Assembly: GCA_019429125.1 (NCBI GenBank)
Contig: JAHYJO010000009.1
Span: forward strand, 1-52,946
DNA length: 52,946 bases
From: Nanobdellati archaeon
GTDB taxonomy: Archaea > EX4484-52 > GLR71
Direction of reading: 5' to 3'
Positions 1 to 10,281 of this stretch are shown in pieces. The translations under genes and the position numbers were made by a program. Position 1 is the first letter of the stretch. Each line of letters opens with the position of its first letter. The notes under the pieces are model-generated. The model did no database searches. It was given only the letters and a program-made list of their open reading frames with translations, and was not told the origin of the DNA.

Positions 1-111
1 TCGTTCCATATTATCTATATTTTGTAAACAATCCATATATTATAATAAAATCTACTTGAATTTTTGTTTTTCGGTTATGTAGACTATAAATATATAAAAA
101 TGTAGGAGAAT

Positions 112-897
112 TTGCTAAACAAATACAATTTGCTTAATGTTTTAATTGGTAAAAATGACATTGAAAAAGAATTTATTAACTTAATTCGTGAATATCCTAA
201 AGTTAGAAATGTATTGCCGATTCTTATAGCTATACGAAATAACAAACTAAATGATCTTGAGATTATCTCAGATATAGAAACTTTAACATCCGAAAATAAA
301 AAGATTCTTTTTGAACCTCATACAATTCTTACTCCTCAAAATGAAAAAGATCTTATATCATTTTTTAGACATTCTGGTTTAAAAACAATATTAATGGATA
401 AGTCAGTTAAAAATTTAGTTGATTACTGTTTTGGTATAGAAGTTGGTATGGATACAAATGGCAGAAAAAATAGAACAGGAACATTAATGGAAAATCTTAT
501 AGAAGTTCAAATAAAAAAATTCTGTTCAGGTAATGGTGTTGAGTATATAACACAAGCAACACAAATCTCAATTAAACACAAATGGGGTATCGGAATAGAG
601 TCTGATAAAACTTCAAGAAGATATGATTTTGCAATCTTTAATAAAAAAACGGGAAAATTATTTTTAGTAGAAACAAATTTTTATGGGGGTGGTGGTTCAA
701 AACGTAAATCCACTGCAGGCGAATATAAAGGTTTATATGATTTTGTAAGTGGACAAGGTGTTGATCTTATTTGGGTAACGGATGGTATTGGTTGGAATAC
801 TGCAATAAGACCATTATTTGAAACTTTTGAGAAAAATGATTTTGTCTTTAATTTAGAATTGATTAAAAAAGGTATTTTAAAAGATGTTATTTGTTGA
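112..897 (+). CDS. DpnII-family type II restriction endonuclease, probably N-terminally truncated
   Basis: GIEVGMDTNGRKNRTGTLME, RRYDFAI, VETNFYGGGGSK and WVTDGIGW match DpnII-family motifs. TTG start follows an in-frame TAG, so the usual N-terminus seems missing. Confidence 0.8.
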   Translation: MLNKYNLLNVLIGKNDIEKEFINLIREYPKVRNVLPILIAIRNNKLNDLEIISDIETLTSENKKILFEPHTILTPQNEKDLISFFRHSGLKTILMDKSVKNLVDYCFGIEVGMDTNGRKNRTGTLMENLIEVQIKKFCSGNGVEYITQATQISIKHKWGIGIESDKTSRRYDFAIFNKKTGKLFLVETNFYGGGGSKRKSTAGEYKGLYDFVSGQGVDLIWVTDGIGWNTAIRPLFETFEKNDFVFNLELIKKGILKDVIC

Positions 898-1010
898 ACT
901 TATTTCTTTTTAATTTTTAAAATTCTACCGGCATACCGGCACCATTGAATGTGCTTAGATTATATACTAATTTAACATAATAATTATCTAACTCCGTCTG
1001 GTGTGTATAT

Positions 1011-1805
1011 ATGGGAAATAATAATTTATTTTATTCTAATGAAAATATTAATTTACATCATGGTGATTGCCTTCAAATACTTCCCAAACTAAAAGAAAAT
1101 TCAATTGATATGATATTTGCAGACCCCCCTTATAATTTATCAAATGGTGGTTTAAGTTGTAAAGCTGGAAAATTTGTTTCAGTAAATAAAGGTGACTGGG
1201 ATAAATCTAAAGGACTTCCAGAAGATTTTAATTTCACAATACAATGGTTAAATATTTGCAAAAACATTTTAAAACCAAACGGTACTATATGGATTTCAGG
1301 TACAATGCACAACATATATCAGGTCGGTTTCGCATTACAGGCACTTAATTACAAAATATTAAATGAAATCAGTTGGTTTAAACCAAATGCAAGTCCTAAT
1401 CTTTCAAAGCGTTATTTTACACATAGTCATGAAACTTTAATATGGGCAAAATTAAACAAGGATGCAAAACATAAATTTAATTATGATGTCATGAAAGAAT
1501 GGGATGATGACAAAATACACAATAATGGTAGACAGATGAGAAGTGTATGGAATATACCTTATACACCATTACGTGAAAAAAAACAAGGTCGTCATTCAAC
1601 ACAAAAACCAATAGAATTATTAAAAAGAATAATTTTATCATCTACGGATAAAGAAGATGTAATATTAGACCCTTTTAATGGTTCTGGCACTACTGGAGTT
1701 GTAGCGAAAATGTTTGATAGACAATATGTAGGTATTGAACAAGATAAAGAATTTTTGGATTTAAGTCTAAAACGATTGAATGATTGTATTTCAAAAGTTA
1801 TATAA
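1011..1805 (+). CDS. N6A/N4C DNA methyltransferase (beta class, DpnA-like)
   Basis: FADPPY catalytic motif, HSTQKP, DPFNGSGTT SAM motif; SVNKGDWDKSKG typical of DpnA-like enzymes; adjacent to the DpnII-like REase. Confidence 0.9.
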   Translation: MGNNNLFYSNENINLHHGDCLQILPKLKENSIDMIFADPPYNLSNGGLSCKAGKFVSVNKGDWDKSKGLPEDFNFTIQWLNICKNILKPNGTIWISGTMHNIYQVGFALQALNYKILNEISWFKPNASPNLSKRYFTHSHETLIWAKLNKDAKHKFNYDVMKEWDDDKIHNNGRQMRSVWNIPYTPLREKKQGRHSTQKPIELLKRIILSSTDKEDVILDPFNGSGTTGVVAKMFDRQYVGIEQDKEFLDLSLKRLNDCISKVI

Positions 1806-1891
1806 ATTATTTCTGTTTAATTTTTGATAATACTCACAACATAAAATCATTTATTTTTAAAAATAAGATCTGATGTTCTCAATTAAAAATA

Positions 1892-2503
1892 TTATAAATA
1901 CCACAATTCATCAAGATTTTCTTCATATTTTTTATTCTTTTTATTTTCTTTATCCGTATATTGTACTTTTGGTGATTGTCCATTAGAAATACTCATACAC
2001 ATATTATCTATTTCTTTTGGACTATCTATACATTCTCGAACCCATCCTTGAAAAAATAATGTTTTGGGGTCAAAATTACTTTCACGATTATAATTAAATT
2101 CCTGTTCAATTATAAATAATTGTGCAAGTGTTGCAATTACTTTTAAAGAATTAAGATAATGGTCAAATATCTCATTATCTAAACTCTTTATTTCTTCTTC
2201 GGGGTCTGCACCATAAAATATATTATCAAAAATAGTTAATAATTGTTTTTTTAGATCTGGTCTTGAACGGGTTCTAAGATTTAAATCAATCATTAATCTT
2301 AAATGGTTTGGTCTAAATTCCCTATTTTCAACTTTTAACCATATTTGAAAGTTTTTATTTACATCATATTTATTTTTTAAACGTTTAGGTAATTCCGAAG
2401 GACGAATAAGATATACCTCTACACCTTTATCATCTTTACAAATAATAGTTTTTATATCGAAATCAAGTTCTTCAATTATTCTAAATACATCATTATATTT
2501 CAT
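1892..2503 (-). CDS. Hypothetical protein, 203 aa
   Basis: Long ORF in AT-rich DNA, overlapping the upstream wHTH gene by 11 bp; no family recognised. Confidence 0.75.
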   Translation of the reverse strand: MKYNDVFRIIEELDFDIKTIICKDDKGVEVYLIRPSELPKRLKNKYDVNKNFQIWLKVENREFRPNHLRLMIDLNLRTRSRPDLKKQLLTIFDNIFYGADPEEEIKSLDNEIFDHYLNSLKVIATLAQLFIIEQEFNYNRESNFDPKTLFFQGWVRECIDSPKEIDNMCMSISNGQSPKVQYTDKENKKNKKYEENLDELWYL

Positions 2504-2747
2504 TTAAAATCATCTTACCTTCTTGAGTAACTCTATAAAGTTTCCCAATCTTATCTTTTGGATTCAAACATATTACAACTTCTTTTTCAACTAATTCTTT
2601 AACTGTAAATGATACTTGAGAAATAGCAATATTCAATTTTTTGGAAATGTCATTTGCAGTTAAAGGTTCCTTAGATTTATCTATAATCAAAAGAACAGTT
2701 TTTCTACGAGACCCTCTTTTTAACCATGCATAAAGTTCCCAATCCAT
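2493..2747 (-). CDS. Winged-helix DNA-binding protein
   Basis: TANDISKKLNIAISQVSFTVKELVEKEVV helix-turn-helix plus wing GKLYRVTQEG. Confidence 0.85.
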   Translation of the reverse strand: MDWELYAWLKRGSRRKTVLLIIDKSKEPLTANDISKKLNIAISQVSFTVKELVEKEVVICLNPKDKIGKLYRVTQEGKMILNEI

Positions 2748-2847
2748 ATAAATAGATAACTTTATAAAATATAAATAACTAATATATTAAGAATAAGTTA
2801 AGATTATGTTATGTTTATTTATCAACTTAAAATGTGAGATGAGATAT

Positions 2848-2988
2848 ATGCCAAAAAATAAGTATGCTGAAAATTTTATAAAAAAAATAAAAATTGCAAT
2901 TAATGATGAAAAAACATTAAGTGACATTGTAAACAAAATCTATGAAGATGGTTTTGAGGATGGATATAATGAATGTAAAAATGAATAA
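2848..2988 (+). CDS. Small hypothetical protein (46 aa), divergent from wHTH gene
   Basis: ATG at 2848 after GTGAG/GAGA; MPKNKYAENF...YEDGFEDGYNECKNE. Confidence 0.45.
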   Translation: MPKNKYAENFIKKIKIAINDEKTLSDIVNKIYEDGFEDGYNECKNE

Positions 2989-2992
2989 ATCC

Positions 2993-3390
2993 TCACAATC
3001 CCCCAATCTTCCCTGCATCAGTCAACTTAAACCCGTCATCAGTTACAATAAACCCACCGTCACGCAAGTCATCCACACATCTATAAAACATAGCCCTAGA
3101 AAGCCCACATTTCTCACTCATAGCCACCAAAGATAACCCATCAGACGAATCAATAACATCCAAAACTTTCTTCTGACTTTCTGTAAACTTAAATGACATC
3201 TTAGGAAGATAAACAACAGAATTCTTGTCATCCTCAGGATTATATGCAATCTTTGAAACACGCGAACTGCGCGCATAAGCCACAAACAATAACCCAAGCG
3301 CCTTGGTCTTGCGCCCTGCAGTAATATTAACAAAAATCTCATCCTTTGAAGGTTGCATATCAATTATCTCAACACACTTACGCGCAATAC
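2993..3390 (-). pseudogene. Csa3-like CARF + wHTH regulator, C-terminal part only
   Basis: IFVNITAGRKTKALGLL resembles CARF motif II (N-x-T-x-G-R-K), followed by wHTH (LSLVAMSEKCGLSRAMFYRCVDDL). The N-terminal CARF half is replaced by AlbA sequence. Confidence 0.75.
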
Positions 3391-3731
3391 GCTCGACCAT
3401 ACGCATAATAAGGTATATTTGTACCATTGACCCCAACTTTTATGCAATCTTTATTATCCACAATCTCATGTGTAATCTCATGAAATATCGTAGGTTTAAC
3501 ATGGTCTGCAATTGTTTTTGAGACATCCCTCAAAGTTTTCACACCAACATCTTGTCCAATAACAACACCATTATCTTTTATCCCGAAATAAAGAGTCCTA
3601 CTCTGATGTTTATTGAGCATAGCAACAATTGGAATGACAGCTTCTTTTAATTCAGAAGTTGATGTTTTAAGTTCAAGAGTCTCACTTTCATTAAACTCTT
3701 TTCTCTTTGCTATCAAGTGCTTATCATCCAT
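3378..3731 (-). pseudogene. Schlafen/AlbA_2 domain, N-terminal fragment
   Basis: ESETLELKTS...AMLNKHQSRTLYFGIKDNGVVIG AlbA_2 signature; stops just after PYYAYGRAY. Confidence 0.8.
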
Positions 3732-3893
3732 AAAAAACTTTTATCCAAACTCCCTATATCAAATTTAGTAACCACCTTAGGTTGTATATTTACAAAGAAC
3801 TCCATATTGCATCAATAACTGTTACTCCCAAAAATTATCAAAACCTCATCAATCTATAAACATATTATAAAGATTTGCATTCACATACACATT

Positions 3894-5381
3894 ATGACAA
3901 TATTAAACCCAAACGTGATAACCATGGAATTTACAACACTAAAAAACATAAAAAATGAAGATAAAAAGGCCTTGGAACACCTTATTACCTATTTTGCAGA
4001 AGGCAAAGATCAAGACCTATCAAGCAAGAGCTTCCTATTCTTCGGCCCTGCAGGCGTAGGCAAGACAATGCTGACTGAAAACATAGCAAAAGAGATAAAC
4101 AAAGACACTATATACATGTCTTGTGGCCACCTAAACCTGAAAGATGCAAGAAAGGCAGAATCCTTAAAAGAGCTAAAAGATTGGGTTGATGAAAAAAGTG
4201 AGCAAGTAATAATAATAGATGACATAGGATTCATATTTGACCGTGAAGACGGCGATGTCCATGCAAAAGACAAGCGCAATTTCATGGCAATCTTAAACAT
4301 GGTAAACGCAAGCAAAGACAAGATTCTTATAGTAACCACAAACCACATGTCAGACTTTGAGGAGCAGATGATTGACCGCATAGAAGTTAAGATACTTTTT
4401 AATCTTCCAGACGACGACAGCAAAAAAGCATTCATAACAGATAAGTTCAAGAAATACATTGAACCAAAAGACATTGACTACATAGCAAAAAACACAATGG
4501 GCTACAATTATCGTGACCTGAAAGAGATGATACGTCTGTCATGGCGCCTTGGCGGTGATAAGATGACAACTGACTCACTCAAAAAAGCACTGCGTATCTA
4601 CAAGCCTACAGAACTATATGATTATGACATCCACACATCAATTGACACAACACTAAAAGACATAATAGGTAAAGAACCTGCAGTAAAGATCCTAAAGCGT
4701 CTTTTGATTTTAAAAGATGATGCAGCCCTAAAGAAATCCCTAGGTATAAAAAGAGACAACCTGCTCCTGTTCTACGGTCCACCAGGCACCGGAAAGACTT
4801 TCATGGCTCGTGCCATGGCAGGTGAACTTGGCATACCTCTGATAAATATAGATGGTAGTAAATTGTTCTCTGGAGACATAATTTTAAGACTTATCCACAT
4901 AACCGAATTTGCAAAAAATCACAAGAACTGCATAATCTTCATAGATGAGGCAGACAAACTGTTCGGCAATGAGCTTTTCGGTGAGGACAACTCAGTTTTA
5001 GGCGTGTTGCAAGGCGCTCTTGAAAGCATTGACTTGAAAGAGATAAAAGCGACAATAATAATATCAGCCAACAGGATAAACCGGTTTGGCTACGCATTCA
5101 GAGACCGTTTCATCCAGATCCCATTCAGTCTACCCTCATTAAAGGAAAGGCAAAACTTCTGCGAGGTAAAGGCAGAATCAGCCAATGGCAAGATAACTCA
5201 TGACATAGACATAAAATACCTTGCCAGCGAGACAAAAGGCATGTCATTTCGTGAACTGGATCGTATCTGGAACGAACTAATCTACTACGTTCTTGAGAAC
5301 AAAAAAACCGTGACAAAAGATGTAATTACAGACATAATAGATACCTCAAAAGACGAGCCAGAGAACAATATGTTCGGTTAA
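3894..5381 (+). CDS. Double-AAA+ ATPase lacking a Cdc48-type N domain
   Basis: Walker A GPAGVGKT / Walker B IIIDD, then GPPGTGKT / IFIDEAD; SRH-like DRIE and DRFI. Confidence 0.9.
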   Translation: MTILNPNVITMEFTTLKNIKNEDKKALEHLITYFAEGKDQDLSSKSFLFFGPAGVGKTMLTENIAKEINKDTIYMSCGHLNLKDARKAESLKELKDWVDEKSEQVIIIDDIGFIFDREDGDVHAKDKRNFMAILNMVNASKDKILIVTTNHMSDFEEQMIDRIEVKILFNLPDDDSKKAFITDKFKKYIEPKDIDYIAKNTMGYNYRDLKEMIRLSWRLGGDKMTTDSLKKALRIYKPTELYDYDIHTSIDTTLKDIIGKEPAVKILKRLLILKDDAALKKSLGIKRDNLLLFYGPPGTGKTFMARAMAGELGIPLINIDGSKLFSGDIILRLIHITEFAKNHKNCIIFIDEADKLFGNELFGEDNSVLGVLQGALESIDLKEIKATIIISANRINRFGYAFRDRFIQIPFSLPSLKERQNFCEVKAESANGKITHDIDIKYLASETKGMSFRELDRIWNELIYYVLENKKTVTKDVITDIIDTSKDEPENNMFG

Positions 5382-5388
5382 TCAATAC

Positions 5389-5520
5389 ATATTGTCTCAT
5401 ATTTGTATAGAAAAACGTCTTGAAACAATCTATTCAGAATCCAGTTTGGCTGAATTTGACAGATTTAGGTACACAAGAAACAGCATCAATTATTATGGTG
5501 TGAAAGTGAGTCTTACATAA
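5389..5520 (+). pseudogene. HEPN-like toxin fragment
   Basis: Manual translation ILSHICIEKRLETIYSESSLAEFDRFRYTRNSINYYGVKVSLT*; RNxxxY resembles the HEPN Rx4H/Y motif; no start codon. Confidence 0.5.
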
Positions 5521-5973
5521 GGAGATATTTTGATTCATATTTGCAAATAAAGTTGAAATTATAAATCCTGGAAAACTATTATTTGATGAAAAAGAGCTTG
5601 GAAATTTAAGTGTTACAAGAAACCCTCTCTTAACAGATTGTATGCTTAGGGCAGGTTTTGTTGAAAAAATGGGTTCTGGAATTAAAAGAATAAGAGAATT
5701 AGTACCTAAAGTTAAATTTGAAATAAGTTCAAATTGGTTCAGAGTAGTCTTTGACAGAAATGCAGATAATAAAGTGGGTAGTAAAGTAACTCCTAATCAG
5801 AATGAAATAATTAATTTAATGAGTGAAAACCCACATATAACTAAAAACGAACTTTTTGAAAAATTAGATATCTGAAAAACTGCAATAGATAATAACATTG
5901 CCAAACTTAAAGAGTTAGGATTTATTAAAAGAGTTTATTCAGCCAAAAGTGGTCATTGGGATGTTTTGGTATG
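5521..5973 (+). pseudogene. AlbA-HATPase_c_4-HTH (RecG-C-like) protein, C-terminal remnant
   Basis: KVEIINPG...RNPLLTDCMLRAGFVEKMGSGIKRI; in-frame TGA at 5873-5875 interrupts the HTH, which continues KTAIDNNIAKLKELGFIKRVYSAKSGHWDVLV*. Confidence 0.8.
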
Positions 5974-6311
5974 AAATCAAAAGAATACTCCCTGATTACA
6001 AAATAAGAAAAGAATGGTTAAGGACCAATAATAATATGTTGCAGATATAATACCCTGAAAAAATATGTTTTTAAATCCAATTTAATTCTCACAATTATCT
6101 TTGTATATATCTTAACATAATCATGAGCTTGCTTAATATACTTATCAATCTCACAAAAATCATTTATTTGAACATTTTGGTTTTTATAACAAACGCTGTT
6201 ATGATTTATAAAAATAAAAATGTGTCAAGAGAATAATATGTTAGTTATTAAAATATTATCTCCTATTGACTTTTTTTCAAACAGTCTTAAAAAGTGATAT
6301 CTTTTTTCAAA

Positions 6312-7324
6312 TCACATAAACTTTCTTAATAATACCTCTTTAGAATGTGGACTGAAATAAGCAGGAGGTATATCTGCGATTGTAAATGCTCCTATATATC
6401 CCTCTTCGCTCAATCTATGGGCTGCTCTTGCATGCGCAACTAAAATACTAGCAGTTGCTTCAGGATTGCTTTCCCATGTATTTCTATATTCTATAACTGC
6501 TTTATGGCCATCACCAGTTTCACTTGCTGCAATAACCAGACCATCATGAGGCATATTTGAATGTTTACGTTCCATCTCCTCTTGAGAAATAAATTGTACT
6601 GTAGTCTTATATGGTTTAAAATAATTTTCCATATTTTTTATAGTAGATTCAATATCAGCTTCAGAAACATCTTTATCAATAACAACATAACATTCTCTCC
6701 AGTGCAAATCTCCAACTTCTAAATCTGGATTTCTCCATTCCTAACTCTTTCTATTGTTTCAGGAATTGCATGCGTATATTGTCTTGCGTCTAATACCCCT
6801 TCAATTTGTCGTATTGCATCAGAATGTCCTTGACTGACGCCCCCTGGTTGTGTCAGACCATAAAAACCATACGGTTTTGCTCCAGGTAGGAATGCATTTA
6901 ATAAAATTCTATTTAAAGAAAATGTTCCAGGACCCCATCCTGCTGAAATAACTGAAACCGTCCCATTTAGTTTAGCAACTTCATCCATTTTATTATAATA
7001 ATTAACAACCTCTGGATGTGTATCAAAACTATCTACTGTATTGACAAACTGTGCGAAATAAGGTCCTTGTTCTGGCAAATCACTTTTAGAGCCACCACAA
7101 AGAATAGCTATATCTATAATATTATTCAATTTATCCAATTTGTCATTAGCATCAACAACTTGTATATAATCAAGTCCCCTTTGCTCAAATTCCTCTAAAA
7201 CTCTTTGAGGATTTCTAGTAATAATTCCAGAAAAGTTCATATCCTCATTTTTTTTAAGTGCTTCATAAACACCTCGTCCGACGTTACCATAACCAATAAT
7301 TGCAACATTTATTTTTTCATCTAT
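6312..7324 (-). pseudogene. ddh: meso-diaminopimelate dehydrogenase, disrupted
   Basis: VAIIGYGNVG, LCGGSKSDLP, DSFDTH, GVSQGHSDAIR, DARQYT, SNPEAT. Expected start is ATA (7322-7324) after a GAGGTTG RBS; a 1-nt deletion near 6730 breaks GENPDL. Confidence 0.88.
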
Positions 7325-7481
7325 ATTAACACAACCTCAACAATTTAAAAATAATTTGTAACAATAATTTATAATTATTTTGTTTTTTAATCACATTATA
7401 ATGAGAACCATAACTGTTACTATAACTAATTAACATTTAGTAAACTAACATTTTCTTACTCTAAATCAAATACCCTTAAAT

Positions 7482-8507
7482 TTAACCTAAAACTTTATAC
7501 TTTCTCCAGCGACCTTCACCTTCGGCATCAATAACTTTTTGTTTTACCAAAGACTCCATATATTTCCTGTAAGTCCTCTCCTTGATAGGGTCGGTAGCGA
7601 CAGTAGAATACTTCTCAAATAGTTCTGATGACATAATTTCGCCCGCGCTCTCGACAACATCAAAAAGAATCCTCTGATCATTATTTAATTTAGGCAGTAT
7701 CCTGTCCCGCCTAAGAAACTGTTCCTCACCCACAGACTTAAGGACATCATCAATCTCAATTTTTGACTTCCCTCTTTCCTCAGCAACAAGTGCCGCTCTT
7801 TTGAGCATATCAATTCCAACACGAGCATCACCTTTGGCCTTGTGTGCCATAACTGATACAAGTTCATCATCAATTGCGCCCGGGATAAGCGCATAATCCG
7901 CCCGTAACCTAATAATCTCAGCAATGTCTGCCGGCTTGTATTTAGGAAATTCAATGCTCCTTAAGTTAAGTGATGACTTTATCCGTGAGTCAGTATCAAT
8001 AAATGCATAAGCATCATTTGATATAAGCACAAGTCCGAATTTCCCCCGTGAAAGTGTGTATAGTAGTTCCTCATCATTTAACTGATCAACCTCATCCAGC
8101 GCGACAATGAGTGACAAAGAATTCTTCGCGCAATGTTTCTCTAAAGTATCAATAAGTTCATTTGTCGGCTGTTTATGGTTAATAAATGTACCAAGGCTAA
8201 TAAGTATCTCTATAAGTATGGCATGGCTTGTTGACCGTTTCCAGCAGTTGATGTAGACTGTTGCGACGCGCCGTGACGAATGTTTCTCAAGCTCACGGAA
8301 CATCCATCTAGTAAGCGACGTCTTACCCACGCCTGTGTCTCCGTACAGGAAAACATTAGATATCTGCCTGCCTACAGTTGCCGGTTTGAGCGCATTGGCC
8401 ATCTCCTGCCTCTGCCCATCTCTGTGTATCATCTCAGACGGAACATAATCCTCAAGAAGTATATTCTCATCAGCTATCAACGTATTACCCATGTCAAAGA
8501 GTCCCAT
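7482..8507 (-). CDS. cdc6: Orc1/Cdc6 replication initiation protein
   Basis: DYVPSEMIHRDGQ, GDTGVGKT, YINC, LDEVDQL, GDARVGI, C-terminal winged helix. Confidence 0.93.
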   Translation of the reverse strand: MGLFDMGNTLIADENILLEDYVPSEMIHRDGQRQEMANALKPATVGRQISNVFLYGDTGVGKTSLTRWMFRELEKHSSRRVATVYINCWKRSTSHAILIEILISLGTFINHKQPTNELIDTLEKHCAKNSLSLIVALDEVDQLNDEELLYTLSRGKFGLVLISNDAYAFIDTDSRIKSSLNLRSIEFPKYKPADIAEIIRLRADYALIPGAIDDELVSVMAHKAKGDARVGIDMLKRAALVAEERGKSKIEIDDVLKSVGEEQFLRRDRILPKLNNDQRILFDVVESAGEIMSSELFEKYSTVATDPIKERTYRKYMESLVKQKVIDAEGEGRWRKYKVLG

Positions 8508-8736
8508 AAGACAATATTGTACGGCAATGATTTAAATATTGTTTATAAATTATGAACTATATTCTTCCATCTTTTCTTTCAGCTCAACATTAAGCCCTAT
8601 AATATTGTCCAAAGCAATCATAAATGCATCTTATAAAAATGTTTATGTTTAGGTTTTGCATCATAATCGTTTCCAATCATAATCTAATTTTCAAACCTCA
8701 AATAATTATATATAACCTAAAACCTAAAACATTAAT

Positions 8737-9480
8737 ATGGATTCAATATACCTCATACTTTTGATAAGTGTACTTGGTCCGGTTATCGGATCATTTATAG
8801 GTGTCATGAAAAAACCATCTGAGTCATTCATGTATATAATGCTTTCATTTGCAGCAGGTATAATGCTTGCAATATCTTTTCTGGAATTGATACCCAAAAG
8901 TATAGAGTTATCATCAATATGGTTAAGTAGTGTTGGTATAATCATAGGTTCCGTGGTGATGTATGGTCTTGATAAGTTGATACCTCATATACACCCAGAA
9001 CTTTGCAAACCTGAATCAGGAATTAAATTAAAATTTGAGAAAACATCCATCTACCTTATGGCTGGGATTTTCTTGCATAATTTACCAGAGGGTATGGCAA
9101 TTGCAACAGGAATAGTAAGCAGTTTTGGAATAACTTTAGGTCTTGCGCTCGCAATAGCAATACACAATATTCCCGAAGCCATATGTACCAGCGCACCATA
9201 CTATTATTTAACCAAAAATAGATTAAAATCATTCCTTCTTGCTTCATCAACAGCAATACCAATCATTCTTGGATTTTTTATAGCACGATTTCTTTTCCAA
9301 AATATTCCGACTGAAATAATCGGGATGATTATTGCAGCAACTGCAGGTCTGATGATTTATATCTCTTGCGATGAACTAATCCCAACATCCTGTAATAAAG
9401 ATGATGATAGTTGGACTCATGGCACAATCTTTGCATTAATCGCAGGTGTGTTATTTGTAATTCTTTTAGGTTTGATTTGA
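8737..9480 (+). CDS. ZIP-family (ZupT/GufA) metal transporter
   Basis: FAAGIML, LHNLPEGMA, IHNIPEA, DELIP; multiple TM helices. Confidence 0.93.
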   Translation: MDSIYLILLISVLGPVIGSFIGVMKKPSESFMYIMLSFAAGIMLAISFLELIPKSIELSSIWLSSVGIIIGSVVMYGLDKLIPHIHPELCKPESGIKLKFEKTSIYLMAGIFLHNLPEGMAIATGIVSSFGITLGLALAIAIHNIPEAICTSAPYYYLTKNRLKSFLLASSTAIPIILGFFIARFLFQNIPTEIIGMIIAATAGLMIYISCDELIPTSCNKDDDSWTHGTIFALIAGVLFVILLGLI

Positions 9481-9570
9481 TTTAGGATTTTATAATTCAA
9501 AAATCATAGAAATAACCCACAAAACCCAACAAATATAAACCCGAAACTCCAATTAAATACAGTGATTCTT

Positions 9571-9768
9571 ATGAAACAGACATTGATACTGTATATGGAA
9601 GAGCACCCGTTCTTAGTAGCGCTCGTGTTCGTCTCGTTCCTGATGCTCATCTTTGCGCCTATATCCGCATCCTCAGGTGCATACGTAGATTACAATTCGT
9701 TAGCATTTGACGTGGTCGCACTTTGGTTCATAGGTGGCATCGCATACTTTGTAAACAGGAAATGGTGA
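9571..9768 (+). CDS. Small two-TM membrane protein
   Basis: Two hydrophobic stretches; ATG preceded by GTGA. Confidence 0.6.
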   Translation: MKQTLILYMEEHPFLVALVFVSFLMLIFAPISASSGAYVDYNSLAFDVVALWFIGGIAYFVNRKW

Positions 9769-9773
9769 TAGGT

Positions 9774-10064
9774 ATGAATGACACAGACACAAAACTATTA
9801 TATGACCGGATGGCAGAACTTAACATGAACATTGTCCGTCTAGGAAAAGATATAAATGGTCTCAACAAGACTCAAAAAGAACTTTCATCAAGATTAGAAT
9901 TGCTACCAAAAGAAGTATTCAGTGTAGCATCTGAAGTGTCCTCAAAGACTTCCCTTGACGAATTGCACACAGTCATTTCAGAAATATCCATGACATCAAA
10001 TGACATCCAAAAGACAGTCGACACAATATTTGATGCATTCACAAGAGACAAAGCATTAAAATAA
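9774..10064 (+). CDS. Coiled-coil hypothetical protein
   Basis: ATG 9774 after GGTGA RBS; heptad pattern throughout. Confidence 0.6.
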   Translation: MNDTDTKLLYDRMAELNMNIVRLGKDINGLNKTQKELSSRLELLPKEVFSVASEVSSKTSLDELHTVISEISMTSNDIQKTVDTIFDAFTRDKALK

Positions 10065-10243
10065 GATAATCTTATTAAATTTGGAGTTAAGGGAACTATA
10101 ATGTCAATCTTGAGTTTAAAATCTAAAGACCAAAATTTATAAGTTTCCTATTCCTGAAACTATTTCTTATTTTTCCCCCACCTACCTTTATAAAGTCCAA
10201 TAAATAATATTTAATTAATAATTTATTTGAGTTGATATTGATG

Positions 10244-10281
10244 AAAGGTGAATGTTTTCATAAAAGGTGAATGTTTTCATA
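10244..10281. repeat. Tandem 19-bp duplication AAAGGTGAATGTTTTCATA
   Basis: Exact copies at 10244-10262 and 10263-10281; a near copy GGTGAATGTATTCATA at 10551-10566. Confidence 0.85.

Noticed and set aside
3815-7421. ATAACTGTTACT at 3815-3826 and 7410-7421 as target-site duplication or shared operator
   Set aside because: A 12-bp AT-rich match may be chance; no transposase or integrase between the copies.
8508-10215. Replication origin (ORB boxes) near cdc6
   Set aside because: No convincing repeated TTCCAxxGAAA + G-string elements; the GTTTCC...GAAAC/C-run near 10143-10182 is single and non-canonical.
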